Source: Gammaproteobacteria bacterium (GTDB lineage: Bacteria > Pseudomonadota > Gammaproteobacteria > Eutrophobiales > Eutrophobiaceae). Taken from it: DNA of 64,000 nt. The stretch's first letter is position 1. The number at the start of each line of letters is the position of its first letter. The notes below the pieces were generated by a model that was not told the origin of the DNA, searched no databases, and worked only from the letters and a program-made list of their open reading frames with translations. The position numbers were made by a program, and so were the translations under genes. Location: positions 320,001 through 384,000 of the forward strand of contig CBDEUK010000002.1 of NCBI GenBank assembly GCA_965243205.1. Reading direction: 5' to 3'. Below, in pieces: positions 37,771 to 49,135 of this stretch.

Positions 37771-38655
37771 TTATGACGCATTGATCGGCCTTAAACTAGC
37801 AATAACCAAACCAAAAACAACAACTAGCGCACCAATTATAAACATAATTGATAGTTTTTCATTTAGTAACCAACTCCCTAACACCATTGCCACCAACGGA
37901 TTTAATGGGACGAACATTGTTGCAAAGGTTGCTGATGCACGTTTGATTACCCAGTTAAACAAATAAAATGCTAAGCCACCTGTAAAACAACCAAATGCGA
38001 CAATAATAATCATTAGTTCGAGGTTAAATAATTTTATATCAGTCAATATACCTTCTTGAATTGCAAAAGGAGTAAGCACTAAAAAACCTGTAATCATGCC
38101 AATTAATGTGTGAGTGCTTGTAGGAATCTGTTTAAATGTTCCACGAGCTAAGAAACTGTATATTGCACCTATAATGGCGGCAGCAATCATGATTAATTCT
38201 CCAATTAAACTGGAAAAACTGAATTCTGAATGCATTAATTTGTCAGATAAAGCAACAGCTAAACCGATAAAGGTTAGGCATATTGCAATCAATGAATGTA
38301 AGTTGATTTTTTCTTTGCCAGTAAATTGACCAATTAACATTGACCATATAGGCATACTAGCGATTAATAGAGCGCCCTCTGCAGCACTGATGCGTTCGAA
38401 TGATGCAGCAAACAGATAAGGGAATAATGCAAAAAATAAAATGCCCAATAAAAAACTATTTAGCCAATAAGCTTTGACTGGTTTAGCTGGACGTTCTATT
38501 AAAAAAATACATAAAACGAGTATAGCACCAAATAAATAGCGTAAACATGCAACTTCTGTTGCATCTAAGAAATGCACTAAATATCGATTGGCTACAGAAG
38601 CAACACCTGTTAGTACGTGGGCAATGGTGATGGCGATAATTACATTACTAGGCAT
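37771..38655 (-). CDS. EamA/DMT family transporter
   Basis: About 10 TM helices in two repeats, E(K) motifs. Confidence 0.85.
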   Translation of the reverse strand: MPSNVIIAITIAHVLTGVASVANRYLVHFLDATEVACLRYLFGAILVLCIFLIERPAKPVKAYWLNSFLLGILFFALFPYLFAASFERISAAEGALLIASMPIWSMLIGQFTGKEKINLHSLIAICLTFIGLAVALSDKLMHSEFSFSSLIGELIMIAAAIIGAIYSFLARGTFKQIPTSTHTLIGMITGFLVLTPFAIQEGILTDIKLFNLELMIIIVAFGCFTGGLAFYLFNWVIKRASATFATMFVPLNPLVAMVLGSWLLNEKLSIMFIIGALVVVFGLVIASLRPINAS

Positions 38656-38761
38656 AGATTTGCATACATATTGTCATAATTAGGTAAATTAACCCTGCTT
38701 TCATAGGGAATACAACGTTATACTATTTATATCTTTTGTAAATTAATTAGGTGAAGGAAAT

Positions 38762-41026
38762 ATGTTTAAAGTACTTAAATATTTGATCATTCTTGCTGTC
38801 TTAGCCGTCGTGGTTATTTTTGGCCTTATTATGACCACGGACGTAAATCAATATAAGCCACAAATCATTGAGTTAGTGAAAAACTCTACCAAGCGTGATT
38901 TTAATATTGAAGGTGATTTGAAATTAGCTCCTTCGTTAATTCCAACGATTAAGGTGTCAGGTGTGACATTTGGCAATGCTTCTTGGGGCGAGAAAAAACC
39001 GATGGTGAGCGTGGGTGATTTTGAAGCCCAAGTTGCTTTGATGCCTTTATTATCAAAAAATGTTCAGATCAAAAAACTCATCCTTAAAAAACCTGAAATT
39101 CTTCTAGAGACGAATGCAAAAGGTAAAGGTAACTGGGAGTTAGATTTAGGTAGTGGTTCCGAAACTTCATCATCTTCTTCAAGTTCTACTGCGTTGGGTT
39201 TAAATATTAATAAAGTACAAATTGATGACGCTAATTTAACCTATAAAGATGGTAAAACCGGTAAAGTTACAGAGCTCAATGTAGAAGAAATAAGTCTTAA
39301 ATCATCGAGTAAATCATCACCGTTAGATTTATTAGTCAAAGCAAGTTTAAATGGTGCGCCGTTAAGTGTTGATGGTTCTTTAGGTTCTATTGATAGTTTA
39401 ATGTCTGATAAAGAGTCCCCTGTTGATTTAAATATCCAGTTGGATAAAGCAAATGTAAGCGCTAATGGTAAAATTGCTAAGCCTAAATCCATGCAAGGCG
39501 TTGATATGAATTTTTCGGTTGATATTGATCGTTTAGCAGACTTATCAACATTTGCAGGTTCAGATTTGCCTGATGCTGGCCCGATTAAATTAAATGGAAC
39601 CATAACTGAAGCTAAAGGAATCTACAGTGTTAAAGCTGATGGGAACGTGATTGATGCAACGATTGGCGCTGACGGTAAATTAGGCACAACTTCCCTTAAA
39701 GGCTTGGATATGAATATCGATTTTGCGGTCGAAAATGTTTCCAGTCTTTCTCCTTTATCAGGCTCAGAACTACCAGATGCTGGCCCAATAAAAGTATCTG
39801 GAAGATTAAAAGAAGCCAGTGGCGGTTATGCCATCAATGGCATGATCGCAAAAATATTAGAATACGATGTTAAAGGCGATGTAGCAGTATCACTTAAAGG
39901 CGAACGACCATCAGTCACTGCGTCGTTAGCAACGGATACTCTAGACCTGTCTAAATTTTCTGGTGAAGCTTCTGATAAAAAAGCTGCAAAGAAAGACAAA
40001 GTCTTTTCTTCGGATCCATTACCACTTGAAGGTTTGAAATCGGCCGATGTCGTTTTAAATTTCAAAGCGAACAAGCTAATAACCAGTTCAGCTATTCTAG
40101 ATAATATGAATCTCGCTATGACTCTAAAAAATGGCAAACTTAACGTTGCACCATTTTCAGGAAATATTGCTGGAGGAAAAATCACCGCTAAAGTAAGTCT
40201 AGATGGAAGCAATGGTAAAACGGCAACTTTAACTAAAGATGTTTCTATTAAACAAGTAGAGTTAGGCCAATTACCTCAATTTAAAGGCAAAGATACCATT
40301 ATTGGTGGTAAAACTGATTTAACGATGTCGATATCAGGTTCTGGAGTAAGTGTTGCTGAGATAATGGCAGGTTCTAATGGAAAACTTGAAATTATTACTG
40401 GCACAGGAAAGCTTTATAACAAAACCATTGATATTGCGGGTGCGGATATTGTGTTTTCTGCAGTGAATATGATCAATCCTTTATCCGAACAAGAAGAATA
40501 CACTTCGCTTGAATGCGGTGTCGTAAAGTTCGATATCAAAGATGGTATAGCTAGTACTGATAAAGGTATTGCCTTACAGACAGGCAAGCTAAATGCAGTT
40601 GGTAGTGGTGCGATTAACTTCAAGACCGAAGAACTGGATCTTGCTGTCAAACCTCAAGCACGTGAGGGATTAGGAATCGGTTTAGGTAAGTTGGTTGATG
40701 CAGTAAGTATCGGTGGAACCTTAGCTAATCCTTCACCAAAAGTAGATACTGCTGCTGCTCTGAAAACAGGACTAACTGCGGGTGCTGCTGTGGCCACAGG
40801 TGGCCTTTCCTTATTGGCTGAAGGGTTATTTGATAAAGCAACAGCAGATAGCAATCCTTGCGATACTGCATTAGGTAAAACACCTGCGCCTAAAGCTCAG
40901 CCTGAAAAAACAGAAGCCGCTAAAGACCCAGTAGAAAATACCAAAGCTTCAGCGGAAGAAAAAATCGAACAAAAGAAAGAAAAAGTCGAAGATAAAGTGA
41001 AGGACGCTTTAAAAGGCCTATTTTAG
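38762..41026 (+). CDS. AsmA family protein
   Basis: N-terminal anchor, DVNQYKP...GKGNW, beta-rich with internal repeat, C-terminal GTLANP. Confidence 0.85.
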   Translation: MFKVLKYLIILAVLAVVVIFGLIMTTDVNQYKPQIIELVKNSTKRDFNIEGDLKLAPSLIPTIKVSGVTFGNASWGEKKPMVSVGDFEAQVALMPLLSKNVQIKKLILKKPEILLETNAKGKGNWELDLGSGSETSSSSSSSTALGLNINKVQIDDANLTYKDGKTGKVTELNVEEISLKSSSKSSPLDLLVKASLNGAPLSVDGSLGSIDSLMSDKESPVDLNIQLDKANVSANGKIAKPKSMQGVDMNFSVDIDRLADLSTFAGSDLPDAGPIKLNGTITEAKGIYSVKADGNVIDATIGADGKLGTTSLKGLDMNIDFAVENVSSLSPLSGSELPDAGPIKVSGRLKEASGGYAINGMIAKILEYDVKGDVAVSLKGERPSVTASLATDTLDLSKFSGEASDKKAAKKDKVFSSDPLPLEGLKSADVVLNFKANKLITSSAILDNMNLAMTLKNGKLNVAPFSGNIAGGKITAKVSLDGSNGKTATLTKDVSIKQVELGQLPQFKGKDTIIGGKTDLTMSISGSGVSVAEIMAGSNGKLEIITGTGKLYNKTIDIAGADIVFSAVNMINPLSEQEEYTSLECGVVKFDIKDGIASTDKGIALQTGKLNAVGSGAINFKTEELDLAVKPQAREGLGIGLGKLVDAVSIGGTLANPSPKVDTAAALKTGLTAGAAVATGGLSLLAEGLFDKATADSNPCDTALGKTPAPKAQPEKTEAAKDPVENTKASAEEKIEQKKEKVEDKVKDALKGLF

Positions 41027-41778
41027 TTTTCTAATAATCCTCCAGTGGCCTGGATTGGCGTTTGGTCATTGGAGGAACTTATCCAAGCTACTAAGCCGTA
41101 TTTTTCGGCTTTTAAATGTGTCCTAGGAAGTTGAAATTGCCCAGAATAATTTCCGTTTTTTTGTCGTTCAATCAAATTGATTGTATGGTCTAGTACCACA
41201 AAATCATGATTTAGAGTTTTGCCACTGTTCTCCCCTCGATTAATCTCAGAAGAAATCCCAAACCCCACTAGCGCTAAATTCATTATCAGAGCTTTATTGG
41301 AATATTGTTGCGTTTGAAAATCGGCTTTGATTTGTGTGCGATTACGTTCAATGATTAATTTTCCAGGCAACTTACCAGATTCATAGAATGAGAGGCTTCT
41401 AGAACCGAACCATTTGCGCCATTCTTTGCCGTTAAAAATAAAGCCTGGGGTGTAAACAGTGGTTAGAGATTGTTGCCTTGCATAACGTCTTTGTCGATCA
41501 GAATTATTTTTGTTCGCATACTGGTCTTTCCAACCTATGTAATCCCAATAATCGACATGAAAGGCCAAGGGAATAAATTCATTCCATAATCCAGGATCTT
41601 TTTTTAATGAATTCAACCACTTATCGGCTGGCGGGCAACTGCTGCAACCTTCTGAGGTATAGAGTTCAATTAATGATACTTGCTGTTCTTCACTACTAAA
41701 AACTTGGTTTTCTGCATAGGCATTTAAACATAACAATGCTGAAGTAACTGTAAATGCGTATTTAAGGCTCAATTTCAT
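41023..41778 (-). CDS. DUF1223 secreted thioredoxin-like protein
   Basis: ELYTSEGCSSCPPAD, FHVDYWDYIGWKD, VYTP, RGENSG. Confidence 0.9.
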   Translation of the reverse strand: MKLSLKYAFTVTSALLCLNAYAENQVFSSEEQQVSLIELYTSEGCSSCPPADKWLNSLKKDPGLWNEFIPLAFHVDYWDYIGWKDQYANKNNSDRQRRYARQQSLTTVYTPGFIFNGKEWRKWFGSRSLSFYESGKLPGKLIIERNRTQIKADFQTQQYSNKALIMNLALVGFGISSEINRGENSGKTLNHDFVVLDHTINLIERQKNGNYSGQFQLPRTHLKAEKYGLVAWISSSNDQTPIQATGGLLEN

Positions 41779-42162
41779 GGTTAATTTCTCAATTTTTATT
41801 AATTACTAATATTACAAATTATTCAATAAAACAATGTAAAACCTATATAAATCATAATTTTATAAAATAAACTTGATTTAAAATTTTAAATGTACTATCT
41901 TAAGAACCAGTCATTCATGACTGATATTTAACGAGTATGTGAAGTTTTTCCTCCAAGACTATAAAGACTTCATCAGCAAAACCTTAGGACATGGACGTCC
42001 AATTTTTTATAAAACTATAACGACCTCCTCTATCGACTCGTATCTAGGATTTCAATTCCAGTTAGAATCATTAAATTTCAGTAACTTTGTGTGCGATAGC
42101 AGCAATATTTTGTACAATCCGCGATTAACTCTTCGGATAAAAATTAATAATTTGGAATATTT

Positions 42163-43605
42163 ATGTTTCCTATAAAGTCTTCGTTAACCACTATTTTCTT
42201 CTTACTTATTTCTACGCCCGCGTTAGCAGCTGAGCCTGGTTATGACTTAACCACGCATTGGGTGGGATATTTTGCTATTGCGATTTTTGCCATAGCGTAT
42301 GTATTAGTGATGTGTGAAGAAGTAATTCATTTACCTAAATCTAAACCCGTCCTGATAGCCGCAGGTTTGATTTGGGGTGCGGTTGCTTGGGTCTATGCTG
42401 GGATGGGTAATGAACATGCAGCAGAGGAAGCCGCCAGACATAATATTTTAGAATTTGCTGAGTTAATGTTATTTCTGTTAGTGGCTATGACGTACATCAA
42501 TGCTATGGAAGAAAGAGGATTATTTGATCGACTTAGAGTAACGTTAGTCCGATCGGGTTTAAGTTTACGCTCATTGTTTTGGGTGACTGGCGCCCTAGCC
42601 TTTGTTATTTCACCAATAGCCGATAACTTAACGACAGCTTTATTAATGTGTGCTGTCGTCATGGCTGTAGGTGGTGAAATACCACGTTTTATTGGTCCTG
42701 CCTGTATTAATATTGTTGTTGCTGCGAATGCTGGTGGAGCGTTTAGTCCTTTTGGCGATATCACGACCTTAATGGTATGGCAAAAAGGCTTAATTGAATT
42801 TTCGGATTTCTTAACTTTATTTTTTCCTAGTTTGGTTAATTGGTTGGTACCTGCAGCCATCATGTCATTTGCTATTCCGCAAGAGCGCCCTACCGCAACT
42901 AGTGATTCTGTAGAAATGAAACGGGGTGCTAAACGTATTGTTTTATTATTTTTAGTGACGATTGCCTTGGCAGTAAGTTTTCATAACTTTGTTCATTTGC
43001 CGCCAGTAATGGGTATGTTGTTGGGTTTGGGATTGTTAAAAATGTTCAGTTATTACTTAGCGATGACTTTACCTGCCTCTTTGGAAAAGAAACGTCAGAA
43101 ATACATCGAGGAAGGTAATACAGAAGCCTTGCAACGTTTAGGTGATATTGTTGCGTTTGATGTTTTTCAAAGAATCGCACGTGCCGAATGGGATACCCTA
43201 TTTTTTTTCTATGGTGTGGTGTTATGCGTGGGCGGATTGGGATTCATTGGTTATTTAGAACTCGTAAGTGCGTTTATGTATGAGGATTTAGGTGCAACGA
43301 ATGCCAATATATTAGTCGGTATTCTTTCCGCGATCGTCGATAATATTCCTGTGATGTTTGCGGTATTAAGCATGTTGCCTGAAATGTCACAAGGTCAATG
43401 GTTACTCGTAACATTAACTGCCGGTGTTGGTGGTTCATTATTATCGATAGGTTCCGCTGCTGGTGTGGCTTTGATGGGCCAAGCGCGAGGCAAATATACT
43501 TTTTTTGGACATTTAAAATGGACTTGGGCTATTGCTTTAGGTTACGCCGCATCCATTGCTACACATCTATGGCTGAATGCCCCATTATTTGATGTACCAA
43601 TCTAA
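42163..43605 (+). CDS. nhaD: Na+/H+ antiporter NhaD
   Basis: KSKPV, ADNLTTAL, NAGGAFSPFGDITT, DNIPV, GSAAGVALMG. Confidence 0.9.
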   Translation: MFPIKSSLTTIFFLLISTPALAAEPGYDLTTHWVGYFAIAIFAIAYVLVMCEEVIHLPKSKPVLIAAGLIWGAVAWVYAGMGNEHAAEEAARHNILEFAELMLFLLVAMTYINAMEERGLFDRLRVTLVRSGLSLRSLFWVTGALAFVISPIADNLTTALLMCAVVMAVGGEIPRFIGPACINIVVAANAGGAFSPFGDITTLMVWQKGLIEFSDFLTLFFPSLVNWLVPAAIMSFAIPQERPTATSDSVEMKRGAKRIVLLFLVTIALAVSFHNFVHLPPVMGMLLGLGLLKMFSYYLAMTLPASLEKKRQKYIEEGNTEALQRLGDIVAFDVFQRIARAEWDTLFFFYGVVLCVGGLGFIGYLELVSAFMYEDLGATNANILVGILSAIVDNIPVMFAVLSMLPEMSQGQWLLVTLTAGVGGSLLSIGSAAGVALMGQARGKYTFFGHLKWTWAIALGYAASIATHLWLNAPLFDVPI

Positions 43606-43624
43606 TCTATACTATCAAAAAACC

Positions 43625-44761
43625 TTATAGGTTCACTGCTGGTAATACTTTTTCCATGTTGGTATTAGTATTTTGGGTGAATTGATTATTAAAATTATTA
43701 ATCGATTTTGTGAAATGGTTTACTACTTCAGGATCGTAACGAGAACCTTCCTTTTCTATAATGAAATCCATTGCTTCTTTAGGAGTATGTTTCTTTTCAA
43801 AGTACAAACCTTTTTGTAATTCTATGTAGTCTATTGCTGGAACTAAAATTCGAGAATGTAAAGGTATATCATTACCAGATAAACCGTCAGGATAACCCTT
43901 ACCATCGTAACGTTCATACAGATGTCGAATGGTTTGTGAAACGGTTCCGAATGTAGGTATTGCTTGTAAAATGCTTTGTCCTTTAACAACTAAACTATCA
44001 AACTCTTGCTGTTGTTCAGTTGTTAAATGATTGTATGTCTTGCCTATAATTTCATCAGGCAATGCGATCATTCCAATATTATGAAGCATACCTGCAATAT
44101 AAATTTGTTTATGCTCTTCATCGTCTAATGTAAAGTTTTCAGCAATCTTGGATGCAATTTTAGCGGGTAGTATCGCTTCATCCAGAGGTTGTTTTAAACG
44201 CAGGCTTATCAATGCTGATAATAATGGCACCATCTCTTGTTTAGCTGACTCTGCTTGTTTTAAGTTGAATTCAAGCATACGAGTGATTTGCTCTAATTCA
44301 GAATGTTGTTGAGCAAATTTATTCTTAGTAGCTTCCAATTCATTTTGTAAATTAATGACTTGTCTTGAATCGTTATTACTACCAGGAAGATTTGTTAAAC
44401 CTTCATTTGAAATATTCATTAACTTTTTTACAGCATCTGATAAATCACTAGATTCACATGGCATGGTAATTAATTTATCAATGTTTAATGAATTCAATTT
44501 ATCGAAAAGATTCATGAAGTTTTCTTTGCTAATTAATCCAATCGAAGGAAACTTATCTTTGTGGTTTTCTATAAATTCAGTTGAAAAATTATTAGTAATG
44601 TCAAAAATAACTAGAAGCTCGGCAACACTATTATTCACAATAGCTTCAGCATCAGAACTATCTGAAAAAAACAATAGATCACCCAACCCTGAAACCTTTT
44701 CAGAGATTTCAGCAATAAGCTGATGATCTTTTGTGATAGAAATAATTTGCCTGAATGCCAT
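43625..44761 (-). CDS. Receiver-like plus HD-GYP domain protein (HD motif reads HN)
   Basis: GMLHNIG, HLYERYDGKGYPDGL, SRIL, YDP. Confidence 0.8.
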   Translation of the reverse strand: MAFRQIISITKDHQLIAEISEKVSGLGDLLFFSDSSDAEAIVNNSVAELLVIFDITNNFSTEFIENHKDKFPSIGLISKENFMNLFDKLNSLNIDKLITMPCESSDLSDAVKKLMNISNEGLTNLPGSNNDSRQVINLQNELEATKNKFAQQHSELEQITRMLEFNLKQAESAKQEMVPLLSALISLRLKQPLDEAILPAKIASKIAENFTLDDEEHKQIYIAGMLHNIGMIALPDEIIGKTYNHLTTEQQQEFDSLVVKGQSILQAIPTFGTVSQTIRHLYERYDGKGYPDGLSGNDIPLHSRILVPAIDYIELQKGLYFEKKHTPKEAMDFIIEKEGSRYDPEVVNHFTKSINNFNNQFTQNTNTNMEKVLPAVNL

Positions 44762-45029
44762 AAGTTCTCCTGATATAGCATTTTTATCGGCTGGTTCATG
44801 TATTACTTGATATTTTCATGTATTAATAATGTGTGCGATTAAAAAAATATATTTTATTTCAATGAGTTATTAAGTTATATTGAATTAATAGAAAACAATA
44901 CATATACAAAGAACACCAAGAAATCATCTTGCGCAACAGCGAAAGTTTTATTGCTATTAAGGTATATGCAAATATTGCCGATTTAATTTTCTCTACTATC
45001 TCATTTATCTCATTCAGGATGAGACACCA

Positions 45030-45782
45030 TTGAACTCAATTAGATTATTCTTAACGTCTACACTAATATTTTTCTCAATTAACAGCTATGCGAAAATGTA
45101 TAAATGTATGGCTGAAGATGGTTCCATTACTTATTCTCAAACCGCTTGCAAAAATAATCAATCGACTGAAAAAGTTATGGGCGGAGGACAAAGTAATAAA
45201 CAAAAGCAAGAAGACTGCAAATATTCAGGACAGTTTGCACAATCAGTTGCTCAGCATATGCGTTCTGGTTCTGGCTCAGAACAAACGTTTAATCAATATG
45301 GTGGACTTGATGCACTTTCGAAAAGTAGCTTAGCGATCATTAATTATGTTTATAGTTATAAAAACAATCCTGATGTACCCATTAACCGTATCAGTTCTTT
45401 AACTATTGCAAAGTGCAATGCAAATTCATTTGGCTCGGTGCGTTGCGAAGATTTTCCGCAACAGTTTCAAAATAGTATTTTCAGTTGCGATGAAGAGCAA
45501 CAAAAGAATATGCAGCAAGAAATAATGCTTCGTGAGCAAATGAAAGAACAAGCACCATCCAACTACCCTGCTCAATTACCTGATGATACTAGTAAATCAT
45601 CTGATAAAAAAACGACTAAACAAAATGAAAAACAACGTATTGCTGATTGTAAAAAAGAATACGATGAAAAAATTGAAAGAATCGATGACAAATTGAGGCA
45701 ATCATATACAGCTGATGAAGGCGAACAATTAAGAGCACAAAGAAGAAATTTAAATGCTCAGCGGTATTCGGAATGCCGTTAA
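45030..45782 (+). CDS. DUF4124 domain secreted protein
   Basis: Signal peptide then MYKC..DG.ITYSQTAC. Confidence 0.75.
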   Translation: MNSIRLFLTSTLIFFSINSYAKMYKCMAEDGSITYSQTACKNNQSTEKVMGGGQSNKQKQEDCKYSGQFAQSVAQHMRSGSGSEQTFNQYGGLDALSKSSLAIINYVYSYKNNPDVPINRISSLTIAKCNANSFGSVRCEDFPQQFQNSIFSCDEEQQKNMQQEIMLREQMKEQAPSNYPAQLPDDTSKSSDKKTTKQNEKQRIADCKKEYDEKIERIDDKLRQSYTADEGEQLRAQRRNLNAQRYSECR

Positions 45783-45844
45783 TGATTTAGGAAATATGAG
45801 AACTATCATGTATTTCATAAATCTGTAACAATAAAGGTTTATTT

Positions 45845-46891
45845 TTGTATATGTTAAAGGGAATAAAGGAATTAATAATGAATATGATTAGATATACAGC
45901 AACAATATTTTGCTGTTCTTTAGTTTTTTTACCAACTATGTGTTTGGCAAACTGGGGAGAAGATTGGGGGCAATTCCAATGGTTTGGTTCTACAACTTCG
46001 ACAACAATTGTTCCAACTATCAGTTTTGTTGGGTTAATAATGTTGTTTCTATTGATAATTCGATTTAATAATTCGATTCAAAAAAAATCTAAAGTTATTG
46101 CTAGCTTTGCAGTATGTTTAATACTAATTCCTATGGTTGCCGTCAGTGTTACCTTACCTCATGTTTTTGTAAATGGTGAGACTGCAGATGCAAATGAGGT
46201 AAATGATAATTTTAACACCCTATCAACAGCAATTGATAATATCCCAGCTGGTCCAGAAGGACCACAAGGACCTGCCGGTGCTCAAGGCCCTATTGGACCA
46301 ATGGGTTTGGTTGGTCCTCAAGGTGCCCAAGGGCCTCAAGGAGTCCCTGGTGAACAAGGTTTGCAAGGTCCACAAGGAATTCCAGGTTCTCAAGGACCTC
46401 AAGGTTTCCAAGGACCTCCTGGGTCTGGCCTAGGTGTAGGTGAAATATGTCCATATGGAGACGTTACTTTTTCTGAACCCATTACAGGTGAAATACCATT
46501 AGATACAATTGATTTATCTATAGCACCTACTTCATTTTGTCAGATAGGTATTAGTTCAAGTACAAATACCTGTATAGAAACACGATTTATAGGAACAGAT
46601 AGTAATGGTGTTGGTTTATGTTCGTGGGGACAAGTACCTGTTCCAGGTACTTATAAATCTTTTACTGCATATTCTTCTAAATCGTTTGAACTAAGTTATA
46701 GTAATAGTTTTGGAACAGGAACTGTAATGATTGGTGTTTTCAGGACATTTCCTGGAACATATGGGTTTACATTTTATGGGGCTTCATATGGCTATACATC
46801 ATCTATATTATCTCCTGTCATAGTTAATAGTGATGATGCTACTTTATATGCATCTGAAAAAATAGAAAAAATATTAGGCAAACATTTGTAA
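45845..46891 (+). CDS. Collagen-like surface protein with internal IPTL-CTERM-like segment
   Basis: About 20 Gly-X-Y triplets; [17 protein letters not shown]; [10 protein letters not shown]; start may be 45878-45884. Confidence 0.8.
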   Translation: MYMLKGIKELIMNMIRYTATIFCCSLVFLPTMCLANWGEDWGQFQWFGSTTSTTIVPTISFVGLIMLFLLIIRFNNSIQKKSKVIASFAVCLILIPMVAVSVTLPHVFVNGETADANEVNDNFNTLSTAIDNIPAGPEGPQGPAGAQGPIGPMGLVGPQGAQGPQGVPGEQGLQGPQGIPGSQGPQGFQGPPGSGLGVGEICPYGDVTFSEPITGEIPLDTIDLSIAPTSFCQIGISSSTNTCIETRFIGTDSNGVGLCSWGQVPVPGTYKSFTAYSSKSFELSYSNSFGTGTVMIGVFRTFPGTYGFTFYGASYGYTSSILSPVIVNSDDATLYASEKIEKILGKHL

Positions 46892-46907
46892 ATTATTAAT
46901 TATCAGA

Positions 46908-48845
46908 TTGAATAGAAAAATATTTCCTCATTTATTTGATCTGGTAATTCTCTTAGCCTGTGTTATATCTTTACTGGCTATAATATCTGCTTCATTTATG
47001 CCCCATTATGGTTTATGGGTGCAAAGTGAAATTGTTTTATTAATCTTTCATACAGCATCAGCGATTTGTGCAATCGGCTTAATTGGTTGTGTTTATAGTT
47101 TAGAGCACAACAGTAACAATATTAAATTAACTCTACCGGCAGTATTTGCATTAAGTATATTTATACTAAGTTTATTAAGCTTACCATTTAGAGAATTTCC
47201 AATATTACACTTATGGGGTTTGCCTGAACATGGAGAAGGTGCTCTTTTATATTTATCTGTTTTTATAATAATTATTGGTTTTTTTTATTCGAACCAAAAA
47301 GAATGGATGAGGATGTTTTTAGAAATTACGCTTACAGTATTAATCTTCTTCTTAGCATTTGTTACAACGTTTAATAATATTTCAATAGAAAAATTTGATA
47401 CTATATTATTCCCCCCATATTTTTTTAGAGACTACTTAGCTTTTTTTTCATTATTTGGAATATATGTTTCGTTAAATAACTTTAAAGAAAATAAAATTTT
47501 ATTTTACATGTTATTTTCTGCATCAATATATTTGTTAGTTATTAGTGAAAATTTAAGTGCACAGATAACAATTCCTATTGTAGCAATCATTTGTTTTTTA
47601 ACAAAAAAAAGCTTGAATTATGCAGCGCTTAGGCCACCTTTGCTCTATGGATTAGGTTTTTTTTTAATAATTTCTATTTTTTTATTTTCGTTTGTTTTTT
47701 CGAACGCTATTTCTGTAACCTCCAGTTTTGGATCAAGAATCCATTTGCATTTGATATGGTATGAAGCAATAACGAATAATATATTAAATTTTTTAGGTGG
47801 CTATGGTTTTGGAAATTATGAAGAATTATTAATCCTATATTCAAATCAAACCGGCATTGCAACATATTCATCAGGAGAATTACCTTTTTGGGATACATAT
47901 AGGCGTGTGGATTTTAGTTCGCATAATGCTTTTTTGGATATTTTTGGTTCGACAGGCATATTTGGTTTTTTTCTATACAGTATGTTCTTTATGAGCACGT
48001 TTCTTTTAAGACCAATCAAAGCAATCAATGTTTTTATGTGTGTTTCTGTAATTATTTTATCTTCAATGTGGTTTTTAATGCCCGGAGTAATGGCAGTATT
48101 TGCATATTGCCTAACGTTAAGAAATGACACAAATTATAATGTAATCAATTTATCTAAAAAAAGCCTTCTTTATCTATTTTTAAGTTCAGCAATTTGCATA
48201 GTTTCAGTTATATATTTATCAGTAAAGCCCGCTATAGAGATAAAAAACTATCAACAGAATAAAATATCAGACTTAAAAAAATGTCACTCAATATTTAAAG
48301 ATGAAAAATTTGGAGGTTATTACACAGCTAAATTATTAAGAAGTGCATTTAACCTCGAAGGAACGAATGTTGTTAAAAATTATGAGCAATATCAAGCTGA
48401 TAATTTTTATTGTTTATTTTTATCTTCTGAGACTCAGTTAAATCACTCGCCATCTTTAATGCTTTTAGTATCTAATCTTTCAGTTAGATCTGATCTGTTA
48501 ATTCATTCAGAAAATTACCCTGGTTGGAAAACATTGCAAAACAAAATCGCAACAAACTGGGATAAACGAATTATTCAATTAGTAGATATAGCTCCACAGA
48601 GGCATGATTTATTAATTCCATATTTAACATGGAAAATTTCTAAAAAAGATTTTAAGGAATCAATGAATGTTATTGAATATTCTTTAAAGAAAAGCCCTGA
48701 TAATGCTATAGGCCTATGGTTTAAAGGAGTCATTGGATTAGAAACAGGTTCGAATAAAAAAGAATCAATTAAATATCTTAAAAAAGCTCTTATTAATGGC
48801 GTAGAAAGATTTTTGCACATATCTAATGAACTAAAATTAAAATAA
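46908..48845 (+). CDS. O-antigen ligase/Wzy_C-like polytopic membrane protein with C-terminal TPR
   Basis: About 12 TM, GSRIHL..W, GYGFGNY, SHNAFLD..G..G. Confidence 0.7.
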   Translation: MNRKIFPHLFDLVILLACVISLLAIISASFMPHYGLWVQSEIVLLIFHTASAICAIGLIGCVYSLEHNSNNIKLTLPAVFALSIFILSLLSLPFREFPILHLWGLPEHGEGALLYLSVFIIIIGFFYSNQKEWMRMFLEITLTVLIFFLAFVTTFNNISIEKFDTILFPPYFFRDYLAFFSLFGIYVSLNNFKENKILFYMLFSASIYLLVISENLSAQITIPIVAIICFLTKKSLNYAALRPPLLYGLGFFLIISIFLFSFVFSNAISVTSSFGSRIHLHLIWYEAITNNILNFLGGYGFGNYEELLILYSNQTGIATYSSGELPFWDTYRRVDFSSHNAFLDIFGSTGIFGFFLYSMFFMSTFLLRPIKAINVFMCVSVIILSSMWFLMPGVMAVFAYCLTLRNDTNYNVINLSKKSLLYLFLSSAICIVSVIYLSVKPAIEIKNYQQNKISDLKKCHSIFKDEKFGGYYTAKLLRSAFNLEGTNVVKNYEQYQADNFYCLFLSSETQLNHSPSLMLLVSNLSVRSDLLIHSENYPGWKTLQNKIATNWDKRIIQLVDIAPQRHDLLIPYLTWKISKKDFKESMNVIEYSLKKSPDNAIGLWFKGVIGLETGSNKKESIKYLKKALINGVERFLHISNELKLK

Positions 48846-48865
48846 ATTCATCTCAATGAATAATA

Positions 48866-48882
48866 AATGGTGCTGGGCTGTA
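48866..48882. repeat. tRNA-3'-end-like att remnant, copy 1
   Basis: AATGGTGCTGGGCTGTA; 14/17 identical to 50582-50598. Confidence 0.4.
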
Positions 48883-49135
48883 CTAAAATACATATTATAT
48901 AATATAATCTATTAATATTATTGACATATTTAAATTTCAATAATAATTAATACGCCCAATTGAGTTAGTGTATTACATGTTAGTATTTTTAGCAGATCTA
49001 TGACTAAAAATGTGTCTTTTTTGAGTTTTCTTTTCAAGTATTCGAATAAAACTTGTCTGTCTACCGCTAATGCGGTCGACAGAATTCAAACGTTAAGTTT
49101 GTTGTAAATTAGAATATAAGCTGTAAATTTAAAGC

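Noticed and set aside
41939-42175. 78-aa ORF upstream of nhaD
   Set aside because: No recognisable motif or RBS; probably promoter/leader DNA.
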